From: a virus
Taxonomy: Duplodnaviria > Heunggongvirae > Uroviricota > Caudoviricetes
Reading direction: 5' to 3' (one strand)
IMG/VR virus record: IMGVR_UViG_2734482537_000014
DNA length: 43,839 nucleotides
Below the pieces are notes generated by a model. It had not been told where the DNA came from and made no database searches. It saw only the letters and a list, made by a program, of their open reading frames with translations. The translations under genes and the position numbers were made by a program. The stretch's first letter is position 1. Each line of letters opens with the position of its first letter. Positions 26,702 through 38,000 of this stretch are shown here, piece after piece.

Positions 26702-28108
26702 ATGGCTGATATATCAACACCCAACCTCGACTATAACGATATGCTGGAGGCGTGGGATATTAACGACGCACTGATGGGCGGTACGCTTGAAATGCGCAGG
26801 CAGGGGGAAAATTATCTCCCAAAATGGCCTAACGAAGATGAAGACGCTTATAAAAAACGCCTGTCTGTGGCTACGCTACTTCCTGTGTATGAAGAAAGCA
26901 TCAAGCAAAATATTGGGCGCATATTTGCAGAGCCGACAGTATTGAGTGAGGAAACGCCGGCAAAAATCAGGGAATATGCAGAAAATATCGACATGGAGGG
27001 GAGCCGACTGGATGTGTGGGCGCAGCAATTTTTCAGCCTCGCATTTCAGTATGGTGTGGCACATGCGCTGGTGGACTATCCACGAACGGATATGAAAGAG
27101 ATTCGGACAAAAGCCGATGAAAACGCGACCGGTGGTCGTCCGTACGTTACGATGCTGAATCCACGCCAGGTTATTGGATGGAAATCGAAAGTTGAAAAAG
27201 GGAAAGTTGTTCTCACTGATTTGCGTATAAAAGAGGTCATCATTATTGATGGTGATGATTTCGGGCAGAAGAAGGTGGAGCAGATCCGCCATATTATGCC
27301 CCGTCGAGTTGAAATTTATCGACGTAGCGAAGGCACTAATGGCGAATCTGTCTGGACGCTTCATGAGTCATGGAATACCAGCCGTGATGATATTCCTCTG
27401 GTAACACTGTACACGAAGAAAACAGGATTTATGCGTGGTACACCGCCATTGCTTAATCTTGGCTTGCTGAATATCAAGCACTGGCAAAGCCAGAGCGAGC
27501 AGGACAATATTCTTCATGTTGCCCGCGTTCCATTGCTGGTGGCCTACGGGCTGGACAGGAATGAAGAACTGACGGTTGGTGCATCCACCGCTACGATTTT
27601 TGAGGACAGAACAAAAAATGGCCTCGAATATGTTGAACATAGTGGCGCAGCGATAGAATCTGGCGAAACATCACTTGAGAAGCTGGAAAATCAGATGCGT
27701 CATGCCGGCGCTAAACTTCTGCGTGCTGAAAATACATCCACCAAATCTGTTGATCAGACTAATGAAGAGCGAATGCAGGAAAACTCGCCGCTTTATACAA
27801 TGGCGAACTCCCTCGAAGATGCCCTCGATAATATTCTCCAGATAATGGCGGAATGGATCGGAGAGAGTTGCGGTGGCAATGTGGATGTGCGCACTGAACT
27901 GGATGTATCTGCCCAGGTGTTTGACTCATCCTCCGCGCTGGCTGTTCAGTCATTGCGTCAGGGCGGTGATATACGTCAGATTGATGCGGTTCGGGTGTTG
28001 CAGGCGTTGAAATTTATCGATCAGGATTCCCGTCCAGAGGAAGTGATCGATGAATTAAAAAATCAGAGTGTAATGCTGATGGAAATCAATGATGCAAACC
28101 GTGAATGA
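26702..28108 (+). CDS. Portal protein, 468 aa
   Basis: ORF 26702..28108 plus; assigned by size and position directly after the large terminase. Confidence 0.7.
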   Translation: MADISTPNLDYNDMLEAWDINDALMGGTLEMRRQGENYLPKWPNEDEDAYKKRLSVATLLPVYEESIKQNIGRIFAEPTVLSEETPAKIREYAENIDMEGSRLDVWAQQFFSLAFQYGVAHALVDYPRTDMKEIRTKADENATGGRPYVTMLNPRQVIGWKSKVEKGKVVLTDLRIKEVIIIDGDDFGQKKVEQIRHIMPRRVEIYRRSEGTNGESVWTLHESWNTSRDDIPLVTLYTKKTGFMRGTPPLLNLGLLNIKHWQSQSEQDNILHVARVPLLVAYGLDRNEELTVGASTATIFEDRTKNGLEYVEHSGAAIESGETSLEKLENQMRHAGAKLLRAENTSTKSVDQTNEERMQENSPLYTMANSLEDALDNILQIMAEWIGESCGGNVDVRTELDVSAQVFDSSSALAVQSLRQGGDIRQIDAVRVLQALKFIDQDSRPEEVIDELKNQSVMLMEINDANRE

Positions 28109-29204
28109 ACGGCTGCGTGATGAATCAATTGCTCATGCAGTCTGGATATCCCGCTATAGCACTGGCGTGGCTGCCAGAATGGTGAAAATACTGAATGACA
28201 GCGATGCGGAACTTACTGCTCGCCTGCTGATAGCACTGGACAGCCTCGATCCAGGTAGTTTTACCGTTAAGCGCCTGGAGTCACTTCTGGCGAGCGTCAG
28301 AGAGGTTAACCGCACTGCTATTAACAGCATGTTTACCAGTCTCTCCGGAGAGCTGAACGAGCTGGCAATTTATGAGGCTGGTTATCAGTTAAGTCTGTTT
28401 GATTCTATGCTACCTGATTTTGTTGCTGATGTTCACCCTCTGGTTGGTATCTCTCCTGATGCACTTTATGCCGCTGCAATGGCGCGACCATTCCAGGGAC
28501 GACTGCTCAGTGAGTGGGCCTCAGATCTTGAGGCGGATCGGCTCAGACGCATAACAAATACAGTGCGTCAGGGTTTTTTGCTGGGGGATACCAATGAGCA
28601 GATCGCAAGAAAAATTCGGGGACATGTCAGTAAGGGATTTCAGGATGGTGCATTGCAGATGAGCCGGGCTAATGCGGCCAGCATTGCAAAAACAGCGGTT
28701 GGACATCTTGCTGCTACTGCCCGTGAGAGTTTTGCCAGCGCGAATAATGATTTGATTAAGGGTAAGCAATGGTTATCAACGCTTGATAATCGTACTACGC
28801 CACAATGTCGAATCAGGGATCGCCTCAAATATACGCTGAATAATAAACCTGTAGGTCACAGCGTGCCTTATTTGCAGGGGCCGGGAAAAATTCATTTCTG
28901 CTGCCGCTCAACGGAAACGTTCATTCTGAAATCAGCGAAGGAACTGGGTATTGATGTTCGCGATATTTCCCCGGCTGAGCGGGCCAGCATGGATGGCGTG
29001 GTGGCCGGAGATACAACCTACAGGGAATGGTTTTTGCGTCAGCCTTACACCAGACAAAAACAGATTGTGGGGGAAAGCCGAGCAAAGCTGATTCGGGATG
29101 GTGGTATGTCGCCAGATGAATTTTACACCGATAAAGGCGAATGGCTGACGCTGAAGCAGCTCCGTGAGCGTGATGCACAGGTATTCAGAAAAGCAGGGAT
29201 TTAA
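28089..29204 (+). CDS. Head morphogenesis protein (Mu F / SPP1 gp7-like), 371 aa
   Basis: ORF 28089..29204 plus; overlaps the portal gene 3' end; typical position and size. Confidence 0.7.
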   Translation: MMQTVNERLRDESIAHAVWISRYSTGVAARMVKILNDSDAELTARLLIALDSLDPGSFTVKRLESLLASVREVNRTAINSMFTSLSGELNELAIYEAGYQLSLFDSMLPDFVADVHPLVGISPDALYAAAMARPFQGRLLSEWASDLEADRLRRITNTVRQGFLLGDTNEQIARKIRGHVSKGFQDGALQMSRANAASIAKTAVGHLAATARESFASANNDLIKGKQWLSTLDNRTTPQCRIRDRLKYTLNNKPVGHSVPYLQGPGKIHFCCRSTETFILKSAKELGIDVRDISPAERASMDGVVAGDTTYREWFLRQPYTRQKQIVGESRAKLIRDGGMSPDEFYTDKGEWLTLKQLRERDAQVFRKAGI

Positions 29205-29223
29205 ATAAATCATTTATTACAAC

Positions 29224-29250
29224 AGGCTACCTTCGGGTGGCCTTTTTTAT
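29224..29250 (+). terminator. Hairpin plus U-run between head morphogenesis and scaffold genes (partial terminator or stabilising hairpin)
   Basis: AGGCTACC-ttcg-GGTGGCCT followed by TTTTTTATT. Confidence 0.45.
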
Positions 29251-29308
29251 TGCTGCGATCCGGATGGTGAGCAGCGTAACTGTCGGAAGACTTAAACCAG
29301 GTACTAAT

Positions 29309-30073
29309 ATGAAACTGAAAACGGTCGAGATTAACGGAAAACAATACGCAGAAATTGATACTGCTGGCCTGCCAGTTTATGTGCACGACGATGGTAAAGA
29401 AATTGGCTTCGATGCACCGCTGGCGACAAAAAAAATTACAGAGCTTAATGGCGAGGCAAAAAATCATCGCCTGGCTAAAGAAGCTGCAGAGGAAAAACTG
29501 GCTAAGTTTGCCGCTATCGAAGACCCGAAGAAGGCGATCGAGGCACTGGAAATGCTGTCAAAAATCGACCAGAAAAAGCTGCTCGATGCGGGACAGGTTG
29601 ACCAGGTTAAGGCAGAAATTACGAAAAATTTTCAGCAGCAATTAGATGAAGAAAAGCAACGCTCTCAGATGCTGGAGAAGCAGCTTTACGATTCTATGAT
29701 TGGCGGTAGTTTTGCGGGTTCAAAATATATTGCCGATAAAATTGCGATCCCGGCAGATTTATTACAAGCCCGCTTCGGGCAGGCATTCAAAGTGGAAGAA
29801 GGGAGGATCGTTGCTTATGACGCTTCCGGCAACAAAATTTATTCCCGCGCGAAGCCTGGCGAACTGGCGCAGTTTGATGAGGCGCTGGAGTTCCTTGTCG
29901 AAAATTACCCTCAGAAAGACTACATCCTGAAAGCCAGTGGCAACAATGGCGGCGGCTCCCGTCCGACACAGCATGATATTGGTCAGAAAACGATGAAACG
30001 CTCTGCTTTTGATGCACTGGATGTTGCAGGTAAGCAAAACGCATTGAAAGACGGTATCACAATCGTTGATTAA
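29309..30073 (+). CDS. Scaffolding protein, 254 aa
   Basis: ORF 29237..30073 plus; ATG 29309 (MKLKTVEINGKQY...); charged, Lys/Glu/Ala-rich helical sequence immediately upstream of the capsid gene. Confidence 0.7.
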   Translation: MKLKTVEINGKQYAEIDTAGLPVYVHDDGKEIGFDAPLATKKITELNGEAKNHRLAKEAAEEKLAKFAAIEDPKKAIEALEMLSKIDQKKLLDAGQVDQVKAEITKNFQQQLDEEKQRSQMLEKQLYDSMIGGSFAGSKYIADKIAIPADLLQARFGQAFKVEEGRIVAYDASGNKIYSRAKPGELAQFDEALEFLVENYPQKDYILKASGNNGGGSRPTQHDIGQKTMKRSAFDALDVAGKQNALKDGITIVD

Positions 30074-30171
30074 CACATTTGTCAGCTTCCGGATGGGAGC
30101 TGGTGTCAGGGCTGGATAGCTCATTACTCCATCTATTCACAATTACGCAAATTTTTAAGGAATATTTAATT

Positions 30172-31311
30172 ATGGCTGGAAATACCCTGACCGGGTTGAT
30201 CCCGACTATTTATACCGCCCTGGATGTTGTATCCCGTGAGCAGGTAGGTTTTATCCCTGCGGTAGCAAAAAACGCAAAAGCTGACGCCGCAGCAAAAGAT
30301 CAGACGGTAACCGCGCCAGTTGCGCCTGAGGCGAAAACCGAAGATATCGTACCGGGGCCGTCAGCTCCGAATACCGGTGATCAAAATATTGGCACTGTTG
30401 ATGTAAAAATTACTAAATCCAAAATGGCACCGGTTAAATGGAATGGTGAAGAACAACTGGCTCTTGGCCCTTCAGGGACTTACAACACCATTCTGGCTGA
30501 TCAGTTCAAGCAGGCTTTTCGCGCCCTTGCAAACGAGGTTGAGGCTGATCTTGGTGCGTTGTATTTCGGTGCTTCCCGCGCCGTGGGAACCGCAGGGACA
30601 ACGCCGTTTGGTGTTAAAGATGATCTTTCTGATGCTGCTCTGGCTCGTCAGGTTCTGGAGGATAACGGCGCACCGACAACCGATCTGCAGATGGTGCTTG
30701 GCTCCACTGCCATTGCTAATTTGCGCGGAAAACAGTCTGTATTGTTTAAAGTGAATGAATCCGGCACTGAACAGCTACTGCGTGAGGGCGTGTTGGGGCG
30801 TCTGGAGGGATTCAATATTCACAGTTCGGCAGGTGTGAAACGAGCGCCAAAGGTTGCTGCAACTGGTTATCTCGTGAATGGAGAGAAAAAAGAAGGCGAT
30901 GTTCTTATTTCCATTGATACTGGTTCGGGGAGTATTTCTGCAGGTCAGATTGTTACGTTCGCTGGTGATCCGAATCAGTATGTTGTGGCAGCAGCGACCA
31001 GCAATCTGATTACTCTTGCAGCGCCCGGACTGCGTCAGGATCTGGCCGATGATACTGCCATCACAGTTGTTGGGGCCTTTACTGCAAATATGGCGTTTGA
31101 TCGCAACGCGTTTCTGCTGGCATCCCGTACTCCGGCAATGCCGGAAGGTGGCGATAATGCTGATGATGTAATGAATGTTACGGACCCGATTTCAGGGATT
31201 ACGTTCCAGATTGCACTGTATCGTCAGTATCGCCAGGTGCGCTATGAAGTTGGACTGGCATGGGGTGTTTCATCAGTGAAGCCGGCACATGGTTGTCTGA
31301 TTCTTGGTTAA
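30172..31311 (+). CDS. Major capsid protein, 379 aa
   Basis: ORF 30079..31311 plus; ATG 30172 (MAGNTLTGLIPTIYTALD...) after AAGGAA; followed by a hairpin terminator. Confidence 0.8.
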   Translation: MAGNTLTGLIPTIYTALDVVSREQVGFIPAVAKNAKADAAAKDQTVTAPVAPEAKTEDIVPGPSAPNTGDQNIGTVDVKITKSKMAPVKWNGEEQLALGPSGTYNTILADQFKQAFRALANEVEADLGALYFGASRAVGTAGTTPFGVKDDLSDAALARQVLEDNGAPTTDLQMVLGSTAIANLRGKQSVLFKVNESGTEQLLREGVLGRLEGFNIHSSAGVKRAPKVAATGYLVNGEKKEGDVLISIDTGSGSISAGQIVTFAGDPNQYVVAAATSNLITLAAPGLRQDLADDTAITVVGAFTANMAFDRNAFLLASRTPAMPEGGDNADDVMNVTDPISGITFQIALYRQYRQVRYEVGLAWGVSSVKPAHGCLILG

Positions 31312-31320
31312 ACATTCAAA

Positions 31321-31341
31321 CGGGGCTTCGGCCCCATTTTT
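31321..31341 (+). terminator. Intrinsic terminator-like hairpin after the capsid gene
   Basis: GGGGC-ttcg-GCCCC followed by ATTTTTAAT. Confidence 0.45.
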
Positions 31342-31353
31342 AATGGGGGGCAT

Positions 31354-31530
31354 ATGGCCGGATTAACTAAAGAGCAAAGAGCACAGCGTGAAGCCGCACA
31401 AAAAACGCAAATTGAGTTAGTGGTTATGGTGACCGATTATCAGATGTTTCCCGGCGCACCAACTATCGCTAATGTTCATCCTGATGAAGTTGACAACTGG
31501 AAGGCTATGGGCTGGAAAACTCAGGAGTAA
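31354..31530 (+). CDS. Small hypothetical ORF, 58 aa (below ORF-track cutoff)
   Basis: Hand translation: MAGLTKEQRAQREAAQKTQIELVVMVTDYQMFPGAPTIANVHPDEVDNWKAMGWKTQE, stop TAA; fills the gap between capsid terminator and the next gene. Confidence 0.4.
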   Translation: MAGLTKEQRAQREAAQKTQIELVVMVTDYQMFPGAPTIANVHPDEVDNWKAMGWKTQE

Positions 31531-31533
31531 CAC

Positions 31534-31929
31534 ATGATCACTTACGTGACCTGTGATGACGTTGATAATGCGTTTGGGAACGCCTGGACGAGTGAGAACG
31601 CTAAAAATAAAGCTGTTTTAATGGCTAATGCCTGGCTTAATGGCTTCAACCTGAAAATTAACCCATCCCGTATTCCGGAAGAGGTAAAACTTGCGGGAGC
31701 ATATGCAGCCAGAATTGCCTCATTCGGTAAGTTGTTTCAGCAGAAAAATGATTCTGGCGTTGTTATCAGTAAAGCCGTGTCGGCTGACGGGGTCAGTGTA
31801 TCGAAATCATTTTCTGAGTTGCCAGCAAACAGCACTGCATTGCTTGAACCCGATTTACAGCTTGCGATAGCACTGCTGAAACCGTACGGACTTAGTCGCT
31901 CACAAGTCAGGGTTGTGAGGGGGGGATAA
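31534..31929 (+). CDS. Head-tail connector/adaptor protein, 131 aa
   Basis: ORF 31534..31929 plus; assigned by position and size; stop overlaps the next start. Confidence 0.55.
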   Translation: MITYVTCDDVDNAFGNAWTSENAKNKAVLMANAWLNGFNLKINPSRIPEEVKLAGAYAARIASFGKLFQQKNDSGVVISKAVSADGVSVSKSFSELPANSTALLEPDLQLAIALLKPYGLSRSQVRVVRGG

Positions 31930-32312
31930 TGGGGCTTCGTGAAGAGATTCAGTCAGAGGTTGCCGCTGCTTTTGATGAGGATTTAGCGGACGCCGTGAGT
32001 GATTTTTCTGGTTCTTACGTTACGCACCGGCACTGGGATCCTGTGACGGAAACTGGCGGCGAATCCACCGCAATCTATACCGGGCGAGGCGTGTTGACAC
32101 GTTATAAGCTGGGCAGAATTGATGGGATTAATATTTTGCATGGTGACCTTAAATTAACCGCTCTGGTATGCGAGGTTACGGATAAACCAGCTGTCGACCA
32201 TATTATTGAGATTTATGATCCTGTATCAAGGCAGTTACAACGATACGAGGTAATTACAGCAAGTGTAGATCCTTCCGCATCAGTTTACTCTATCCAGTTA
32301 AGGAGAGCGTAA
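31929..32312 (+). CDS. Head closure / head-tail joining protein, 127 aa
   Basis: ORF 31929..32312 plus; positional assignment. Confidence 0.5.
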   Translation: MGLREEIQSEVAAAFDEDLADAVSDFSGSYVTHRHWDPVTETGGESTAIYTGRGVLTRYKLGRIDGINILHGDLKLTALVCEVTDKPAVDHIIEIYDPVSRQLQRYEVITASVDPSASVYSIQLRRA

Positions 32313-32693
32313 ATGGCAAAGGCATGGGATATAGAACCGTCAATATTTGCCGGGATGATTGAGGAAGATGTAGGGCTGAAGATTCGCTACATCGCTATGC
32401 AGATTCTTACTGCTATTGATATTGCTGCTCCGGTTGATACCGGACGTTTCAGAAATAACAACCTGGTGTCGTTACAGCATCCCGATTTTGGTATATCTGA
32501 TAACGTGGATCCGAACGGTACGATTGCTGTTCAGCGTGGGATCGGGGTTATTTCGAAAGCTGCAAATTACGGGGTTATTTATATCCAGAATAACCTTCCT
32601 TATGCAGAGGCTCTTGAAAACGGTCATTCACAACAAGCGCCAACTGGCGTGTATGCCAACGCTTTTCATGGTGTTTTACAGGCTTACAAATGA
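32313..32693 (+). CDS. Tail completion (neck) protein, 126 aa
   Basis: ORF 32313..32693 plus; positional assignment. Confidence 0.5.
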   Translation: MAKAWDIEPSIFAGMIEEDVGLKIRYIAMQILTAIDIAAPVDTGRFRNNNLVSLQHPDFGISDNVDPNGTIAVQRGIGVISKAANYGVIYIQNNLPYAEALENGHSQQAPTGVYANAFHGVLQAYK

Positions 32694-33082
32694 AGTTTAC
32701 TGAAATCAGAAATACGGTTATTTCCAGAATGACGGCACAGACGATTATTGATGGAAAAGACGTATTGTATCCGAACGGGCCAACGTTCGATCCTTCCGGT
32801 AAGTTAATCTGGGCGCGGTTAAGTAATATTCCCGGGCAGGCTGGAGTTAATGAAATTGGCGCGGGGCCGGTTGTTTATCGCACGGGGATAATCATTATTC
32901 AGTTATTTGTCCCCGCAGGTTCTGGTTCAAAACTCATTACTGAGACAGCCGATAAATTGCGGGAACTGTTTGAGTTTCAGGATGACGATCGTCTCAGTTA
33001 CCAGGCTGTTTCCTCAATAGCCGTTGGCGAAAAGAATGGCTGGTTCCAGCTTAATCTTCAAATTCCATATCGCGCGCTCTAG
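32690..33082 (+). CDS. Tail terminator-like protein, 130 aa
   Basis: ORF 32690..33082 plus; last small gene before the major tail gene. Confidence 0.5.
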   Translation: MKFTEIRNTVISRMTAQTIIDGKDVLYPNGPTFDPSGKLIWARLSNIPGQAGVNEIGAGPVVYRTGIIIIQLFVPAGSGSKLITETADKLRELFEFQDDDRLSYQAVSSIAVGEKNGWFQLNLQIPYRAL

Positions 33083-33108
33083 CGCAATTAATGACATAGG
33101 AGGCTCCT

Positions 33109-34071
33109 GTGAGTTCAGGTGCAAAGGTTATCTCGGCATTTATCCGGGAGACGGTTGCAGGCACTACGCCAGCAAGTGGTGACTGGAGTTTATTAAAACG
33201 CACAAGCTGGGGAGTAAAACCCACCCAGAATAAAGGCGAAAATAATGAGATTGGTGGCTCCCGGATGGCTCAGGGGGCGACGCCTGGCACTGTGGATGTC
33301 GGCGGTGATGTTGGTACCAAATTTCGCTGGGGTCAACATGATGATTTTCTTGCATCCTGTTTCGGCGCGGAATGGTCAGGCGATTCTCTGACAATGGGGA
33401 ATGAGCGAATAACATTTTCTCTGGCGACCTATGCGTCCGATGTCGGAATTGCCTCTGTCGTCAGAGGAGCGCAGGTTGGCTCATGGAAAATGCAGATCCC
33501 TAACGACGGCGATATTACAGCGACCGTAACCTTTGCCGGACTGGACTGGGAATCAAAGGCCGATGATACGAATTTTATCAAAGGCGAACCTGTGGATAGT
33601 GCAGGAAAGCTACGTTATTCGTTTAAGGAGGTTTCAGCAGTAAGCCTGAATGGTGTTGCCGGAGGTAACGGTTTTTGTATCGACAGTTTTGATATTCAGT
33701 TCGATAACAAACTCCAGACACAGCGTTGTATCGGGACTGGCTCGCCTTATGCAGGAGCAAATATTCCGACTACTTTTACACCGTCCGGTACGGTGACGCT
33801 TTCATGGTCTAAAGCCGCGTGGGAAATCTGGAGTAAAACACTGACTGGAGAAACAGTTCCGTTCAGCTTCACGCTTTCGAATGGAGAGGGGGCATACACT
33901 TTCAGTTTCCCGAAGGTTCAGGTGTCAGGTGAATGGCCTGATGGGGGTAATAGCGACATTATCCAGGTTCAATTGAGCATTACCGCAGCAGATGAAGCAC
34001 CTACGATAACCAGAAAAAAAAATTCCCCGGCTGCCGTGATCGCAAAAGCCAGTGCTGAGGCGATTAGTTGA
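33109..34071 (+). CDS. Major tail tube protein, 320 aa
   Basis: ORF 33109..34071 plus, GTG start after AGGAGG; Gly/Ser/Thr-rich; directly upstream of the G/GT chaperone pair. Confidence 0.7.
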   Translation: MSSGAKVISAFIRETVAGTTPASGDWSLLKRTSWGVKPTQNKGENNEIGGSRMAQGATPGTVDVGGDVGTKFRWGQHDDFLASCFGAEWSGDSLTMGNERITFSLATYASDVGIASVVRGAQVGSWKMQIPNDGDITATVTFAGLDWESKADDTNFIKGEPVDSAGKLRYSFKEVSAVSLNGVAGGNGFCIDSFDIQFDNKLQTQRCIGTGSPYAGANIPTTFTPSGTVTLSWSKAAWEIWSKTLTGETVPFSFTLSNGEGAYTFSFPKVQVSGEWPDGGNSDIIQVQLSITAADEAPTITRKKNSPAAVIAKASAEAIS

Positions 34072-34119
34072 TTTTCCGTTATTCCTCCTGTGGTACTGCC
34101 CTACAGGGGGACGCATTGA

Positions 34120-34581
34120 ATGAGGTTATGGATGTTTATTCTTAATCAGAAAATTATCATTGGTGGAGAACGCTGGTTTACGCCAATGAAGGACTTAAAA
34201 CCTGTAGACGGGTTAAAACTGTTGGTGGCAAGCAGCGATAACGATCAGTATCGCTCCCGTAATGCATTAATCCGTCGCCACATTGAGAAAATGGATGCCA
34301 GTTTGCACGTCGGAACGAAGGAGTTTGATATTTCAAAGGTTTCCGAGGTGGATTCTGTTGATGATTTACTCATTGATAATGCCGCTCGTTATCTGCTGAA
34401 AGACTGGAAAGGGGTTGGTGAACTGGTTAATGGTGTTGAGGTTGCACTGGAATATACGGCAGAACGAGGGATCGCGCTGCTTAAGCAGAATCCAGAGTTG
34501 TACTGGCAGATCCTTGCAGAAGCAGCCAGCATCGCCCAGGGTAAAGAGCAGCAGAAGCAGGATACGATAAAAAAGCCATAG
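34120..34581 (+). CDS. Tail assembly chaperone G (zero-frame product)
   Basis: ORF 34120..34581 plus; ends DTIKKP; slippery heptamer A_AAA_AAG at 34569-34575 just before the stop. Confidence 0.7.
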   Translation: MRLWMFILNQKIIIGGERWFTPMKDLKPVDGLKLLVASSDNDQYRSRNALIRRHIEKMDASLHVGTKEFDISKVSEVDSVDDLLIDNAARYLLKDWKGVGELVNGVEVALEYTAERGIALLKQNPELYWQILAEAASIAQGKEQQKQDTIKKP

Positions 34582-34889
34582 CTGCCCAGCGGTGGTTATC
34601 GGAGTTCGGGGGAGAAAGGGGGGAAAAGGCAAGATGGAAGCGAGAAAAACTCAGGTTGCCACCGATACCGGAACCAGAAATAGACCCGGTGCTTAAGGAG
34701 TTGTTGTACGCCTATTCGGTAATATCCCGTGCCCGACGTTATGCTGGAATGGCTGGGGTGCCTTTGCCTTTATCTCTGACAGAGATAAATGAATATTTAG
34801 CCACTCATCCGGTATTGATTGAGCGCGATGAATTTGAAGCAGTGATCTTTGCACTGGATGACCAGTATTTTCAGGAGCAGTGTGTGTAG
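34120..34889 (+). CDS. Tail assembly chaperone GT fusion via programmed -1 frameshift
   Basis: The -1 frame is open from 34575 with no stop through ORF 34656..34889; heptamer A AAA AAG read directly in the G frame. Confidence 0.55.
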
Positions 34890-35008
34890 TTGTTAATTAC
34901 GTACACTCTGTTACAGAGATGTGATGGTGTCTTTAATTAAATCGATGATGCTCCTGGAGAAAAGCATTGCGTGGCCTCGTAATCGCTATATCTACTATTA
35001 TGTCGCCT

Positions 35009-35036
35009 GAAACCCACTTCGCGGTGGGTTTTTTGT
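35009..35036 (+). terminator. Hairpin plus U-run between GT and tape measure genes
   Basis: AAACCCAC-ttcgcg-GTGGGTTT followed by TTTTG. Confidence 0.35.
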
Positions 35037-35054
35037 TGTCAGGAGTTTTAATAA

Positions 35055-38000
35055 ATGGCAGAGCAAACCTCGCGTCTCGCAATAATTATTGATAGCACTG
35101 GAGCGAAAAATAATGCTGACAATCTGACCTCCTCATTAGTCAAAATGACGCAGGCTGGGGAAACTGCTGCAAATAGCGCAGGGAAAGTGACTAAGGCAAC
35201 AGAAGATGAGAAGAACGCGCTCGCAAAATTAAAAGCAGCTATTGATCCAGTTGGTGCCGCAATTGATACTGTCGGTCGACGCTATTCTGAATTAAAGAAA
35301 TTTTTCGATAAAGGGCTTATTGATAAAGAAGAATATGAATTTCTTGTCCGTAAACTTAATGAAACCACAGAGGAATTGAGCGGGGTTGCGCAAGCGCAGA
35401 GAGAAGCCGAGAAGGCCGGAAAACTTGCTGCCGCCCAGCAGGAAGCGCAGGCTCAGGCCTTTCAAAGAATGCTGGACAAGATCGACCCTCTGGCTGCGGC
35501 GCTAAGAAATCTTGAACAACAGCATGATGAACTTAATGCTGCGTTTGCATCCGGGAAAATAAATGGTTCTCAGTTTGAGAATTATAGCCGAAAAATACAG
35601 GAAACACGGCGAGAGCTTACCGGAGAGGCTCAGGCAGAGCGAGAAGCAGCAAAAGCGCATGATGAACAGGTTGTTGCTTTGCAACGTCTGATTGCTCAAC
35701 TTGATCCTGTCGGAACTGCTTTTAATCGTCTGGTAGAACAACAGAAACAGCTCAATGAAGCAAAAGCTAAGGGGATGCTTTCTCCTGAAATGTATGAGGA
35801 GCTTTCTGGAAAACTTCGTGCTATGCGGAGTGAGCTTGAGGTTACTCAATCACAATTAAGCAAAACCGGAATGTCGGCAAAACAAACGGCTTTTGCTATG
35901 CGCATGTTGCCTGTACAAATGACGGATATTGTTGTTGGGTTGTCCACTGGTCAGTCGCCATTTATGGTGTTAATGCAGCAGGGCGGCCAGCTAAAAGATA
36001 TGTTCGGTGGGATTGGCCCGGCGATCAAAGGTGTAGGTTCTTATGTGCTGGGATTAATTAATCCTTTTACCCTGGCCGCAGCAGCCGTTGGGGTCTTAGG
36101 ACTGGCTTACTATAAAGGCTCTCAGGAGCAGGACGAATTTAATAAATCTCTTATTCTTACCGGAAATCAGTTGGGGACAACCAGCGGGCAATTGGGCGAT
36201 ATAGCTCAACGTGCCGGGAATGCGGCTGATTCGACAACTGGTGCTGCGGCGGCAGTATTAAATCAGCTTGTGCGTTCGGGAAAGGTAGCGAGCAGTTCGC
36301 TGGAGCAAGTGACGACAGCGATAGTAAAAACGAGCGAAGTAACAGGAATATCAACCGAACAACTGGTTAATGACTTCAATGAAATTGCAAAGGATCCTGT
36401 CAGTGCCATATCAAAACTTAATGATCAGTACCATTTTCTGACACTTGCGACTTATAACCAGATTAAGGCGCTACAGGATGAAGGGAACCAGCAGGAGGCC
36501 GCCCGCATTGCGACAGAAGAATACTCATCCTCAATGATCCAGCGCACCAACCAGATTAAAGAAAATCTTGGTTATCTTGAGACTGCATGGAAAGCTGTCG
36601 CAGACTCCGCAAAATGGGCATGGGATTCCATGCTGGATATTGGCCGTGAGGCCTCCCTTGATCAAAAAATCTCAGATGTTCTCCGTCAAATTGATGAAAT
36701 AGAAAAAAATACCCGACCCGGAGTTTTCGGGTTAGGTGGCATTGGAGATGGCGGAGCTCAAAATAAAAGGCTGGCACGATTAAAGCAGCAATTGGGCGTA
36801 CTTCAAGCAGAAAAAATTGCTCAGGACGTACTAAATTCATCAATAAACGATTACAACAAGCGACAACAGGAAGGAATTGAACTCAGACAGAGAGCAGATG
36901 CCTTTTCAAAACAATATCAGACCCGGGAGCAGCAGAGAGCTAGTGAACTTGCAAAACTGGAAAAGCTAAAGAATCAGTATTCAAAGGAAGAATATAATAA
37001 TCTTATCGCTCAAATAAATGAGCGTTATAAAGATCCAAAGCAACCAAAGGCGAAAGGTTATTCTGATGATGCAGCCCAACGAATGATTGATCATCTGAAT
37101 CAACAGAATGCGTTACTAAGTTCACAAGCTGAGTTGACCGTTAAATTAAGTTCCTCTGAACAGGAACTGGTTAAGTGGCGTCAGCGGATTGCCGACCTAG
37201 AGTCACGACCATCATCGAAATTAACCCAGGATCAGAAATCGCTTCTCTTACACCGGGAAGAAATAACCACGTTGATGGAGAAAAATGTTGCGATTGAAAA
37301 AAATAACAGGCTAATCAAGGAATCCGCCGAAATAACAGCATGGCGTGATTCATTGCAGGCTTCGATTGATAATCGTCAGCAGGGGTATGATATTCAGATT
37401 GCTGGTTATGGGGTTGGCGATAAAAATCAGCAACGCCAGCAGGAATTACTGCGGATTGAACATGGATATAACAATCAGCGTCTGCAACTTGAACGTGACT
37501 ATGCAGATAAATCCCGTGGAATGTCAGATCATGTTTTTCAAGAGAAAATGCAGGCTCTGAATGATGCTCTGGAACGGGAAAAAGAAATTGTCAGACAGAA
37601 AAACGAGCAGCTCGATATTCAGGCAGGAGACTGGGTTAGTGGTGCCTCCCAGGGATTCAATAACTGGCTGGATGACACTAAGGATATCAGTGAGCAGATA
37701 AAATCAACCACGACTCAGATGTTTGATGGGATGACCGATGCGCTGGGTGATTTTGTCACGACAGGCAAGGCAAATTTTCGTTCTTTCGCTACTTCCGTGA
37801 TTTCGGATCTTAGTCGAATAGCATTAAAGGCTTCAATTACTGGGATTTTCGACAGCATTAGTAACAGTTCTTCTGGGGGGATTTTAGGAACTATCGGGAG
37901 TGCTATTAGTAAATTTATTCCGAATGCAAAGGGCGGTGTTTATGAGTCTCCGTCATTGAGCACGTATTCGAACGGTATTTATGATTCCCCGCAATTTTTT

